From the NCBI GenBank assembly GCA_029247365.1, contig JAQWLJ010000046.1, positions 11,158 through 75,157 on the forward strand: DNA of 64,000 nucleotides. The letters are read 5' to 3'. Under the pieces are notes generated by a model. It was not told the origin of the DNA. It saw nothing but the letters and a program-made list of their open reading frames with translations, and did not search any database. Positions 40,136-49,530 of this stretch are shown piece after piece; position 1 is the stretch's first letter, and each line of letters begins with the position of its first letter. The DNA comes from Acidimicrobiales bacterium (lineage in GTDB: Bacteria; Actinomycetota; Acidimicrobiia; Acidimicrobiales; Aldehydirespiratoraceae). The position numbers were made by a program, and so were the translations under genes.

Positions 40136-40298
40136 AGTTGCTCAGACTACGGGATGCCAGTGATCACCCATCTCGAGACACTGGGCGCCTCCCATCCCAA
40201 CGCCGTGTCGGTCGGGATCCTTCTGACGAACTCCACGACAATCACCAACGACTCCAACAGTGCACTTCGACGCTCCCGGCCGAGGCGTGTCGGGACGC

Positions 40299-41189
40299 CT
40301 AGCCTCGGCTGGTTCGAACGTCGTGGTGGTCATTCGGCGCCTGCAAGGAGAGCCATACGGCCGCCACGAGAATGATGGCGCCTCCGATCAGCGTCGCGTT
40401 TGCCGGTGTCTCGTCGTACGCCAGCCAGACCCAGATCGGACCGAGCACAATCTCCGACATCAACAAAAGCGTGGCATCGGGCGCAGGCACGGCGCGCTGA
40501 GCCCAGTTGAAGAACGGCAGCGGGACTCCGATCAGCAGTGCGCCGGCAAGCACGCCGATGACGAGGTCTCGACCCGATACGGCGAGACCGGCACCAGTGA
40601 GCGAAACGATTGCACCGGCGATTGCACACGTGACACCAGCGATCAGCACGGGAACCAGCGGATCGCCTTCGGTTCCGGCGCGAATGAGCGTGGAGTACAC
40701 GCCTAGGCCCACCGGGATAACAATCACGATGAGGATCGCCCAGCCAATCCCCGAGTCGAGACCTGACGAGACCATGATCATCACACCGACAATCGCCGCA
40801 ACCGCAGCGATCGCAGCCTCCTTTTCGAGGCGCTCGCGAAGCAGCAGCCAACTGAAGATCGCAGCCGCGACTGGCGCGGCAGCCTGGAAGAGCAACACAA
40901 ACGCCGCATCGGCGTAGGTGAGCGACACGATGAAGCTGATCATCATTGCGCCGAGCAGTACGCCCGCAACCCCGTGTTGCCAGGGCAGCCGGCGACGGAT
41001 CGCCCCAAGATCACTCCGGTTCTGCCACCACAACAGCGGCCCGACCACAAGGCCCGCTCCAAGACCACGAAATGTCAGGTACTGCCAGGCACCAACATTG
41101 TCGGTTGCGCGAAAAAACAGCGCGCCGAAACTGAAGACTGCGCCCACGGCGAGCACTAGCAGCGCTCCGGAACGACGAGTGATCGTCAA
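40299..41189 (-). CDS. DMT-superfamily (EamA) transporter
   Basis: About 10 TM segments in two EamA-like halves. A TTG start is assumed from the ORF track. Confidence 0.8.
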   Translation of the reverse strand: MTITRRSGALLVLAVGAVFSFGALFFRATDNVGAWQYLTFRGLGAGLVVGPLLWWQNRSDLGAIRRRLPWQHGVAGVLLGAMMISFIVSLTYADAAFVLLFQAAAPVAAAIFSWLLLRERLEKEAAIAAVAAIVGVMIMVSSGLDSGIGWAILIVIVIPVGLGVYSTLIRAGTEGDPLVPVLIAGVTCAIAGAIVSLTGAGLAVSGRDLVIGVLAGALLIGVPLPFFNWAQRAVPAPDATLLLMSEIVLGPIWVWLAYDETPANATLIGGAIILVAAVWLSLQAPNDHHDVRTSRG

Positions 41190-41194
41190 CCGAA

Positions 41195-41761
41195 TCAGTC
41201 GACCTTGGCGACCGTGTCGCCCGAACGGATCGGCCCCGGCATGACGACACGGGCGTTGACGCCGCGCAGGGAAAGGTCCTTCCCAAGGTCGGAGTTCACG
41301 AACCGATGCGCGTCGAGGCCGAACCGCTGGGTGAACTTGGCGCAGCCCTCGTGAGGCTGATCAGTGATCTCGATAACCGCCGAGCCGATTCGGAGCTTGG
41401 TCCATGCCGGCATGTTGGTCTCGCTCAGATCGATGTCGACGATCAGCTGATCTCCCGCAAGCGGCATGCGCTCGACCGACCCCGCGACCATCGCGCAGAC
41501 GCGACTGTTCATCAGGTTGAGCTGCATATCAGGATGCGGGCCGAAGTCTGCGGTGCGCTTGGAGCCGCGCTGATTCCAGCTATCGCCCGCCAGGCCTTCC
41601 TCTTTGTTTAACTCACCCTCCTCGAGCACCACACGCTTGTCTTCGGCGGGGCGCAGCACAATCATGGTGAGGGTTCCGTTGTCGGCCGGTGCGGCTTTCA
41701 CATGATCGAGGCCGGCCAGCAGTTGCTCGGTGGTGAGGTGGGTGATCTCGGGGTGTGACAC
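41195..41761 (-). CDS. MOSC domain-containing protein
   Basis: …KLRIGSAVIEITDQPHEGCAKF… (MOSC conserved Cys region). A GTG start at 41761 leaves a 10-nt gap to the add stop. Confidence 0.78.
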   Translation of the reverse strand: MSHPEITHLTTEQLLAGLDHVKAAPADNGTLTMIVLRPAEDKRVVLEEGELNKEEGLAGDSWNQRGSKRTADFGPHPDMQLNLMNSRVCAMVAGSVERMPLAGDQLIVDIDLSETNMPAWTKLRIGSAVIEITDQPHEGCAKFTQRFGLDAHRFVNSDLGKDLSLRGVNARVVMPGPIRSGDTVAKVD

Positions 41762-41771
41762 GCCATGGAGA

Positions 41772-42779
41772 CTACGCGAGCCCCGCTTCGACCTGGGACC
41801 GGTTCGCGAAGCTCTGGACGAGCGAGTTCTCAGCGAGGACCGCCAAGCCCTCCTCATCAAGGCCAGCAAGGTTCCAGGCATGCTCGTACTTAGTCAGAAG
41901 ATCGGTCGAGAACAGTGAAGGATCATCGGAGCCAAGGGTGACCGTGATCCCCACTTCGAGCATCTGCGACAGTGGGTGAGCGCGAAGTGACGGCACCGCA
42001 GCGCGCGCAACGTTGCTCCCCGGACACACGTCACAGGCAATGCCGTGGTCTATGAGCATCGCAACGACTGCAGGGTCCTGCATAGCGCCAATGCCGTGCT
42101 GGATACGTTCGGCGCCAAACTCCTCGATCGCGTGACGCACCTCCCACGCGGGCCCATGCTCACTGGCATGGCTGACCGTATGCAGCCCTGCGGCACGGGC
42201 GCGGGCAAATACCGACTGGAAGTCCTCCGCTGGCCAGTTGTCGGCTGGGCCACCCATCCCGATACCGACAACGCGGGGATGGAGGTGGGCAAGGACAACA
42301 TTGAGTGCCCGATGGGCAGCGTCGGCACCGAGGTGGGGCGAGACGTCCGGGAGCAGCAACGACGAGATGCCGAGGTCGGCCTCAGCCTGCTCGCAGCCCG
42401 CCACGATCCCACCGAGGATCTCGGTCCAGTCTGCTGAACGCTCCACGATGTGGAAGCTCGACGACACGTGGAACTCGACATGGACGCATCCCTGTTCATG
42501 GGCAGCGCAAAGGTAGGACTCGGTGATCCGCTGAAAGTCCTCGCCGCTCCGGCGAAGGTTGCAGATGAAAAAGAATCGCTCAAGGAAGGCAGGGAAGCCG
42601 GCGAACTGGAGCCACTTGCGGATGCCAGCTTCGTCGGCTGCCGGTGGTATCTCGCCGTGATGCTCGGCCTAGGCGAGCATCGTCACCGGGTCGACCGACC
42701 CCTCGAGGTGCACATGGAGCTCGGCTTTGGGCAGCGATCGAGCGAAGTCGCGCGAGAACGGTGCGATCCGAGAAGTCAC
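41772..42779 (-). pseudogene. add: Adenosine deaminase interrupted by an in-frame TAG (minus-strand codon at 42671-42669)
   Basis: The N-terminal piece reads VTSRIAPFSRDFARSLPKAELHVHLEGSVDPVTMLA*AEHHGE… in the same frame as ORF 41772-42467. That ORF carries SHASEHG (HAGE-like), RIQHG, CPGSN and GSDDP. The frame check gives 42671 mod 3 = 42467 mod 3. Confidence 0.8.
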
Positions 42780-42811
42780 TTCGCAAGTACTAGCGGATCT
42801 ACGGTGCCACC

Positions 42812-44575
42812 ATGCCCATCATCCATCGTCGCCGTATCGCGGTCCTCGCACTCCTCATCGCGTCGCTCGTCTTTGGCGGGGTTATTGCTCTTGCGTCAGC
42901 CATCGGCGACACCGAACGCATCACCGCCTACTGGGTCGGCGCCGTCCTCACCGACGACGGCCTCTACGTCACCGAAGTCATCGACTACGACTTCGGGGCC
43001 GAACCCCGCCACGGGATTTACCGGCGTATCCCCGATGCCGACCCCTCGTCACTGAGCGTCGGATCGCCCACCGCGCCCGCAAAGGCGAGTATCACCGACT
43101 CCCAATGGGCTGCGTCGACCCGGATCGGTGATCCCGACGTCACTATCGTCGGTCGTCATCGCTACCGCATCGACTATCTTCTGCCCTTCGATACGGTCGT
43201 GAGCGACGGCCTGTTCGCCTGGAACGCAATCGGTGACGAGTGGACCGTTCCGATACGCAACGTCCGCATCACAGTCGCAATGGCCGCTGACCTCGACCCA
43301 GCACAGTGCCTCCACGGCGACCGGTGGAGTCCCGAGGACTGTGCGCTTCAATCACCAGGCAGCGGCCAGTACACGACCTCGGTCCAGTCGGTCGGCCCAG
43401 GCCAAGGTGTCACGATCAGCGGTCCAATCACCCTCGGCGATCCGCCAGACATGTTGCCGGTGCCCCCGAGCGTCGCGATCTCCGACCCGGGCACCGGCAT
43501 CCTGAAACCGTTCGTCGCTGCGACGGCCGCAGCGATCCTCGGCGGGCTCTTCGCCGCCGCGTTTGTTCGCCGGGTCGGGCGAGAACGGGTCTGGCATGGG
43601 GGCGCCGCCGATGTTGCCTTCGGCGAAGGGGAGGGGCTCACATCGCGTCGCCTCGACGTCAAGGACCTCGCCGAGTTGGCCACCATCGAATTCGCCCCGC
43701 CCGATGCGATGAGCGCGGTCGAAGGCGGCATGCTCCTGCTCGAACAGGTGAGCGACCAACATCTCTCCGCCTGGCTGCTCGAGTGCGCCATCCGCAACGA
43801 GATCGACATCGAAGCCAACGATGACGACGAGATCATCCTCCGGCGGGGCAATGCCCGCGCCCACCCCAGCAGTCAGCGGTTACTGAACGCCATGTTCGGT
43901 TCCAGAAGCGAGGTCAAACTCACCAGGTACGACTCGACGTTCGCCAGCGGATGGGGTGACCTCCGCGACGAACTTGGCGACTGGCTCGACGGTGCTGTGC
44001 ACTGGGATCCCGCCGGCCGTCGGCGTCGCACGCGCGCCATTGTTCTCGGGATCGTCGGGGGGTCGGTCGCCTTCGCGATGGCAGCGCTGGCTGCCGTGTT
44101 CGCGGCTCGAGGCGGCGGTCTTCCCTTTGCCGCATTGATCATCATCTCCCTTGTCGTCGGCGCGGCGATCGCCACAGTTGCCAACGCGTTCGAACTTCTG
44201 GTCCGAACCGAAGTCGGATCGGCCATGTGGCTTCGGGTCGAGTCGTTCCGACGGTTTCTCGAACAATCCGAAGCCCACCACGTCTCCGAAGCTGCCGAAA
44301 TGGGTGTGCTGCGCCATTACACAGCGTGGGCTGTCGCCCTCGGCGAATCGAAAGCATGGACCAAAGCCGTCGAAGCCGCTGCTGACAGCAACCCCGAGTT
44401 GCGCTCCACGCTCGGACGCGACCTGACGTTCGCATCTGTGGGTGCCAGCGTCGCGTCGGCTGCCGGCACCGCTGCGGTCGCCCCATCATCGAGTGGTGAC
44501 GATGGTGGGTTCTCTGGCGGGTTCTCCGGCGGGATCGGCGGTGGCGGTGGCGGTGGCGGCGGCGGCTCGTGGTAG
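42812..44575 (+). CDS. DUF2207-type membrane protein with a Gly-rich C-terminus
   Basis: N-terminal TM helix, a large extracytoplasmic domain, three central TM helices and a C-terminal SGGFSGGIGGGGGGGGGGSW tail typical of DUF2207. Confidence 0.75.
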   Translation: MPIIHRRRIAVLALLIASLVFGGVIALASAIGDTERITAYWVGAVLTDDGLYVTEVIDYDFGAEPRHGIYRRIPDADPSSLSVGSPTAPAKASITDSQWAASTRIGDPDVTIVGRHRYRIDYLLPFDTVVSDGLFAWNAIGDEWTVPIRNVRITVAMAADLDPAQCLHGDRWSPEDCALQSPGSGQYTTSVQSVGPGQGVTISGPITLGDPPDMLPVPPSVAISDPGTGILKPFVAATAAAILGGLFAAAFVRRVGRERVWHGGAADVAFGEGEGLTSRRLDVKDLAELATIEFAPPDAMSAVEGGMLLLEQVSDQHLSAWLLECAIRNEIDIEANDDDEIILRRGNARAHPSSQRLLNAMFGSRSEVKLTRYDSTFASGWGDLRDELGDWLDGAVHWDPAGRRRRTRAIVLGIVGGSVAFAMAALAAVFAARGGGLPFAALIIISLVVGAAIATVANAFELLVRTEVGSAMWLRVESFRRFLEQSEAHHVSEAAEMGVLRHYTAWAVALGESKAWTKAVEAAADSNPELRSTLGRDLTFASVGASVASAAGTAAVAPSSSGDDGGFSGGFSGGIGGGGGGGGGGSW

Positions 44576-44614
44576 TTCGCCCGTACCGCCACCACCCGCC
44601 TACGCTCCCCCACC

Positions 44615-44995
44615 GTGACCCCTAGCCCAACGTTCAGTCTCCAAGAGGCACTCGGATTCACGATCGAGAGCGTCGACGGTGAGGCCATCGCCACTCTCAC
44701 TGTCGACGACCTCCACCTCAACCCCCACGGGGTGGTACACGGCGCAGTGCCGTTCACATTGATGGACACGGCGATGGGCGGCGCTGTCATGAGCACGATC
44801 GACGATGGCCGTCTCTGCGCCACCATCGAGATGCAGACCCGTTTCCATCGCCCGGTGGCTACCGGCAGGCTCCGTGCCACTGCCAAGGTCACGACGGCTG
44901 GTCGTCGAATCGTGCACCTTACGGCCGAGACTCTCGATGACGACAACCGCCTGGTGGCCAGCGCAACCGCAAGCTTTGCCGTTTTCGAGGCCTGA
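44615..44995 (+). CDS. PaaI-type hotdog-fold thioesterase
   Basis: LHLNPHGVVHGAVPFTLMDTAMGGAV. 126 aa. GTG start. Confidence 0.8.
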   Translation: MTPSPTFSLQEALGFTIESVDGEAIATLTVDDLHLNPHGVVHGAVPFTLMDTAMGGAVMSTIDDGRLCATIEMQTRFHRPVATGRLRATAKVTTAGRRIVHLTAETLDDDNRLVASATASFAVFEA

Positions 44996-45005
44996 GAAGG
45001 TGGTG

Positions 45006-45806
45006 ATGCTTTCCAACTGCGCGCCCACCTTGTTGGCGAACCCCTACGAGTTGAACGCGGCCGCGCTCCGCGAGTCCATCGTTGCCACCCGCGACGCCGG
45101 CTTTGAGGCGGTCGGCCTGTGGGGCTTCCACGTCCAGTTCGGCGGCGAGGAGGCTGTTGCGGCGGTCACCGATGGCGGGCTTGCGGTCACAACGATTGAT
45201 GCAGCGCTGTCATGGGTTGAAGGGCCCTCCATGGCCGCCCTCGACGAAATCGATGGTCTGATCGCCGTCGCCGACCGAGTAGACGCGGCGGTGATCCACG
45301 CCACGACGTTGGGTCCGGTGGCCGATATGGGCGCGGCGAAAGACGGTTATGCCGCCATTGCGGCTCGTGCCGAGGCTGCGGGCAAGGTGTTGGGACTCGA
45401 GTTCCTCCCATGGACCGGTATCCCCACCCTTGCTGCAGCGAACGAGATCGCAGCGCACGGCGGTTCGGCGGCGGGGATCCTTCTCGACACGTGGCACTGG
45501 GTCCGCCAGCCCGGTGGTCCTGATCTCGAACTGCTCCGATCGATCCCGGGCCACCGCATCACCAGCGTGCAGCTGAGTGATGCACCTGCAGCGCCCGTGG
45601 CCGACGTCGAACCCGAAGCCATGACCGCCCGCCTTCTCCCCGGTTCTGGGGTCGTCGACTTCGAAACCCTGTGGGACGCGCTCGATCACATTGGTGCAGC
45701 GCCGGTCGTTGCAGCCGAGGTGTTCTCCGATTCGCTGAAACGTGGCGGTCCGGTTGCGATGGCGCAGCAAATCCACGATGCAAGCCGGGGTGTGCTGCGC
45801 AGGTGA
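45006..45806 (+). CDS. Sugar phosphate isomerase/epimerase (xylose-isomerase-like TIM barrel) family protein
   Basis: About 266 aa with a pattern of alternating beta/alpha segments and LLDTWHW. This is a family-level call only. Confidence 0.6.
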   Translation: MLSNCAPTLLANPYELNAAALRESIVATRDAGFEAVGLWGFHVQFGGEEAVAAVTDGGLAVTTIDAALSWVEGPSMAALDEIDGLIAVADRVDAAVIHATTLGPVADMGAAKDGYAAIAARAEAAGKVLGLEFLPWTGIPTLAAANEIAAHGGSAAGILLDTWHWVRQPGGPDLELLRSIPGHRITSVQLSDAPAAPVADVEPEAMTARLLPGSGVVDFETLWDALDHIGAAPVVAAEVFSDSLKRGGPVAMAQQIHDASRGVLRR

Positions 45807-45815
45807 ACCGGGTAC

Positions 45816-46853
45816 CTAGCAGACGGTGAAGGATACGACATTGCTCATATCGTCGGGGTTGTCGGGATCACTGCCCTCGTAGACCTTCACCACGGTGATG
45901 TCGTATGGGCTGATCCGGCCGTCAGCGACAGCCCGGTCGAGGTACGCCTCGAAGCCGTGCTCGCTCCAGTGGGCAGCGTTGACCCCGATTGCGCAGCGGG
46001 CGCCGGGCCTGGCGACGCGGATCAACTCGCCTAGCGGTTCGGGTGGAAGGTGTCCGTGGGTGAACGTTCCGGCGGAGACGACTCCGGCATAGGTGTTGTT
46101 TGCTACAGGCATCCCTGCGGTGAGGTCGGCTTCGATCAGGTCGCTGTAAACATCCTTGGCAGCGGCCTGCTTCAGCATCTCGACGGAGATGTCGACGCCG
46201 TCGACCTGGCCAACGCCATGAGCCCGAAGCGCCGCACCGACAATGCCCGTCCCACAGCCGACGTCGAGCGTCGGTCCGTCAGGCCGTTCATTGGCGACGA
46301 AGATCTCGGCAACACGTTCGTGGTACTGGTAGCCTTTCGTCTCGATGAAGCCCGACTCGTAGGTGTCGGCCCACTTGCCGTAGAGCCGGCGATTGTCATC
46401 CGGGGTCTCGACCGCGTAGGCCTCATCGAGGCCGAGTGCATCATCGACGCCGTCGCGGAACCTGTTGCCGGCCGACCCTGATAGCGGCTCAGTCGTCGAG
46501 GGTCGATCAATCGTGCCGGTCGAACCGTCGACGATCAGTTCCTCCCCGACGGCCACCAGCTGCCCGCCGAGAATGATCTGGTCACGAGCGATCACCAGGT
46601 CTCCGACTTCGAGCACCGACGGGACTCCCGCGCTACGGGTGACCACAGCAGCGTGGCTCTCCCGACCTCCACTCGCAGCGACAACCGCAGCGCTACCAAT
46701 CATTGCGGCCACATCTGCCGTCGTACTCGCCGTGAGGACGAGCACGACCTTGACGCCAGCGCCGATGGCGTCGAGCGCCTCGTCACTGTTGATGTGGAGC
46801 CGGCCTCGCCCCACTCCGGGAGTGCCGGGTTGCCCTGTTGCAAGTGCGGTCAC
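45816..46853 (-). CDS. Fusion protein: PEP-utilising-enzyme mobile (phosphohistidine swivel) domain plus class I SAM-dependent methyltransferase
   Basis: Residues 1-115 carry GTPGVGRGRL…VLVLTASTTADVAAMIGSAAVVAASGGRESHAAVVTRSAGVPSV…ELIVDGSTGTI, a PPDK/PpsA-type swivel with the TSHAA-like His. Residues about 170-345 carry TLDVGCGTGIVG (SAM motif I) and DGVDIS (motif II). Confidence 0.8.
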   Translation of the reverse strand: MTALATGQPGTPGVGRGRLHINSDEALDAIGAGVKVVLVLTASTTADVAAMIGSAAVVAASGGRESHAAVVTRSAGVPSVLEVGDLVIARDQIILGGQLVAVGEELIVDGSTGTIDRPSTTEPLSGSAGNRFRDGVDDALGLDEAYAVETPDDNRRLYGKWADTYESGFIETKGYQYHERVAEIFVANERPDGPTLDVGCGTGIVGAALRAHGVGQVDGVDISVEMLKQAAAKDVYSDLIEADLTAGMPVANNTYAGVVSAGTFTHGHLPPEPLGELIRVARPGARCAIGVNAAHWSEHGFEAYLDRAVADGRISPYDITVVKVYEGSDPDNPDDMSNVVSFTVC

Positions 46854-46897
46854 TAGTCAAGTCTCGCGTGGAAGCGTCACGCTGGGTTGAAATCGGT

Positions 46898-48148
46898 TCA
46901 GTTCTTCGGAAGCTCCGAGAACGGCGTGTCCTTCCCGGGGCCCGGTTCCCGAGGGAGGCCAAGGACGCGCTCGCCGATGATGTTGCGCTGGATCTGATCG
47001 GTGCCGCCATAGATCGAGGGACCCGGCGAAAACAGAGCGATCTCACCGATGGCACCCGACGTTTGCGGTTCGGAGGCTCCAGCCAACATGCCGTCGGCGC
47101 CGAGAATGTCGAGCCCGAGCTCGCGGAAGCTTCGGAACAGGTCAGACATGATCAGCTTGCCAATGTTCGGCTCGGCGCCGGTTCGCTGCCTGGAGTCCTT
47201 TGCCCGCTGGATCGACATCCGGTTGACCTCAATCACCGAGTAGAGGCGCACGAGCTTTTGGCGCAGAACCGGATCATTGTTGAGGCCGTTCTTTTCGGCC
47301 AGTTCGACGAGGTGGTGCCACAGGCCGATACCGAGGCCAGGAACGCCGCCCTCACCGCCCCCGCGGCGGCTGAATTTGGTGACCGGTTCGTGGCGGACCG
47401 AACGAACACCGGAGCCCGCCGCCGATGCCGGCGACTTTCCGGCCGAGCCCAGAGACGCACGCTCGAACATGAGCGTGGTGTTGGCGACCGACCAACCCAT
47501 GTTCTCCTCGCCGATGATGTTGGCGTGAGGCACACGAGCCTCGTCGATAAAGACCTCATTGAACAGGGCTCGGCCCGTCATCTCGGTGAGCGGACGCACG
47601 GTGACACCTGGCTGATGCATGTCGAACGCAAAGTACGTAATGCCCTTGTGCTTCGGCGCATTTGGGTCGGTTCGGGCGATCAGCATGCCCATGTCAGCGA
47701 TCTGACCGCCGGAGGTCCATACCTTCTGGCCGGTGATGATCCACTCATCTCCGTCTCGTTCGGCCTTGCTACTCAGACCGGCGAGATCGGAGCCGGCGCC
47801 CGGCTCGGAGAACAGCTGGCACCAGCCGACGGTGCCATCGAGGATCGGAGGCAGGAGCGCGTCGATCTGCTCCTGGCTGCCATGCGTTGCCACCGTGGGG
47901 GCGGCGAGCATCTTGCCGAGGCCGGTCGGCGGGCCCATGACCTCACGGTCAGCTAGGACCGCATTGACGGCAGCGGCCTGGGCCTGGTTGTAGCCCTTGC
48001 CGTATGCGTTCGTCGGAAGCATGGGATGTGCGTAGCCGCTGGGACCGATGCGGTCCCACCACTCACCGACGGTGAGGCTCTCATCCCAGTTCTCGTCCAA
48101 CCAGGCTTCGAGTTCGGCGCGGATCTCTTCGACAGACTGCTCGCTCAT
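46898..48148 (-). CDS. Acyl-CoA dehydrogenase family protein
   Basis: 416 aa with ACAD N/M/C domain pattern (…CQLFSEPGAGSDLAGL…GQKVWTSGG…IYGGTDQIQRNIIGE). Confidence 0.9.
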   Translation of the reverse strand: MSEQSVEEIRAELEAWLDENWDESLTVGEWWDRIGPSGYAHPMLPTNAYGKGYNQAQAAAVNAVLADREVMGPPTGLGKMLAAPTVATHGSQEQIDALLPPILDGTVGWCQLFSEPGAGSDLAGLSSKAERDGDEWIITGQKVWTSGGQIADMGMLIARTDPNAPKHKGITYFAFDMHQPGVTVRPLTEMTGRALFNEVFIDEARVPHANIIGEENMGWSVANTTLMFERASLGSAGKSPASAAGSGVRSVRHEPVTKFSRRGGGEGGVPGLGIGLWHHLVELAEKNGLNNDPVLRQKLVRLYSVIEVNRMSIQRAKDSRQRTGAEPNIGKLIMSDLFRSFRELGLDILGADGMLAGASEPQTSGAIGEIALFSPGPSIYGGTDQIQRNIIGERVLGLPREPGPGKDTPFSELPKN

Positions 48149-48339
48149 GGGGGCAAGTCTAGCCAGAAGTTAGCGATCGTTCACATTGCGCTGCAGTGGT
48201 GATCGCCGCAGGGCCAAACGTGACGGTGACACAGCCAACTCAACGCTTGCACCGCGCACGTGCCGTGGTCGATCGTGCCGAACTCGACCCCTTCTGGGGC
48301 CGGTTGACCCCACGCCCCATCGGCAAGGCCTCGCTATTC

Positions 48340-49530
48340 CTAGAGCGGTCGAGGGCTCGTGAGCTCAAGCACATTGTCGAGCATGATCTGCTTCGTCTGC
48401 TGAGAACTCAGATTCTTCAGCTCGACCAGATAGTCAAGGGGCTGCGGCATCCCCTCGATATGAGGCCAATCAGAGCCGAAGATGACTCGATCAGCACCCA
48501 TCAGTTCAACGACCTCGTCGACGTCGTCCTCCCAGAACGGGTTCATCCAGACGTGCTGTTTGAAGGTGTCGACCGGATGGTCGTCGAACCACCAGTAGTT
48601 CTTCTTCGCCACCTGATCCATCTTGCGAAACATCGGGCCGAGAAAGTCGGCGCCGTTCTCAACGGATCCGACGCGAAGGTTGGGGAACCGGACAAAAAGC
48701 TTCTCGAAAACGGCTTGAATCAACCAGTCCTGAGCTGCGCGTTCGATTGCGAAGGTCTTGATCGTCGGTCCCGCTCCGCCACCCATTCCAAGCGACGTGA
48801 AGCGATCGTCGGCATAACCCTGCGATGAGTAGCCGGAATCAGAGGCGTGAATGACGAGCGTGACGCCCGCCTCGTTGATGCGGGCCCAAACTGGGTCGAA
48901 CAACTGGTTGAACGGCGACACGGTGCCGTGGCGGGTCGTGACGGGAGCCGGCCGCATCACAAGGATCTGGGCGCCCATGCCCAGCACCTTGTCGACCTCA
49001 GCGACCGCTGCATCGACATCGCCGAGCGCAATGTACGGGGCAGCGAAGATTGTCTCTTCGAAGTTGTACTTCCAGTCGTCGTGCAGCCACTGGTTGAACG
49101 CCTGCATCATCACGACCGCAGCCTCAACGTCTTCCTTGATGATCTCCTCGTAGAGCACACCAAGGGTCGGGAAGAGCCACACGCCTTGCAGTCCCTGTTG
49201 CGCAATGATCTTCGCCCGCTCGGCCGGATCCATGTAATACGCCGGGAGCGGCTCGCGGTCCTTGAGCATCTCAAGCGGGTTGAGCCGGTCAGGGTTGCCC
49301 TCGAAGTAGGGCCGCAACGCGCCAGGTTTGGCAACGGGGTCCCAGGTCGGGTTGGCAACAGCCTTTGCGAGCTTGCCCCCGACGAGGTGGTGCTTGCGGC
49401 CACCCATGTCAACCCACTGCACGATGCGCGGTTGCATCGCCGCGGGCACGTGACGGGTAAACGCGTCGAGTGCCTCGTAGTAGTGGTTGTCAGCGTCGAA
49501 CGGGACGAAGTCGAGCTGGTCTGGAGTCAT
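48340..49530 (-). CDS. Amidohydrolase-2 (ACMSD-like) family protein
   Basis: DADNHYYE N-terminal metal motif and C-terminal FGSDWPH. ATG at 49530, with an alternative GTG at 49539. Confidence 0.85.
   Translation of the reverse strand: MTPDQLDFVPFDADNHYYEALDAFTRHVPAAMQPRIVQWVDMGGRKHHLVGGKLAKAVANPTWDPVAKPGALRPYFEGNPDRLNPLEMLKDREPLPAYYMDPAERAKIIAQQGLQGVWLFPTLGVLYEEIIKEDVEAAVVMMQAFNQWLHDDWKYNFEETIFAAPYIALGDVDAAVAEVDKVLGMGAQILVMRPAPVTTRHGTVSPFNQLFDPVWARINEAGVTLVIHASDSGYSSQGYADDRFTSLGMGGGAGPTIKTFAIERAAQDWLIQAVFEKLFVRFPNLRVGSVENGADFLGPMFRKMDQVAKKNYWWFDDHPVDTFKQHVWMNPFWEDDVDEVVELMGADRVIFGSDWPHIEGMPQPLDYLVELKNLSSQQTKQIMLDNVLELTSPRPL

Noticed and set aside
42668-42673. Recurrence of CCTAGG/TAGGCC around several stops (7744-7751, 12705-12711, 42668-42673, 50452-50457, 60444-60449).
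   Set aside because: The motif is short and GC-flanked, and is expected by chance in this composition. The contexts are heterogeneous (sense codons, real stops, intergenic). I could not compute enrichment, so I make no claim.
44515-44572. GGC/GGT tandem codon run, and the similar KGKGK-coding repeat at about 28735-28805, as possible tandem or CRISPR-like repeats.
   Set aside because: Both lie inside ORFs. They encode the low-complexity Gly tail of DUF2207 and the basic linker of the DEAD-box helicase, and have no spacer/repeat organisation.
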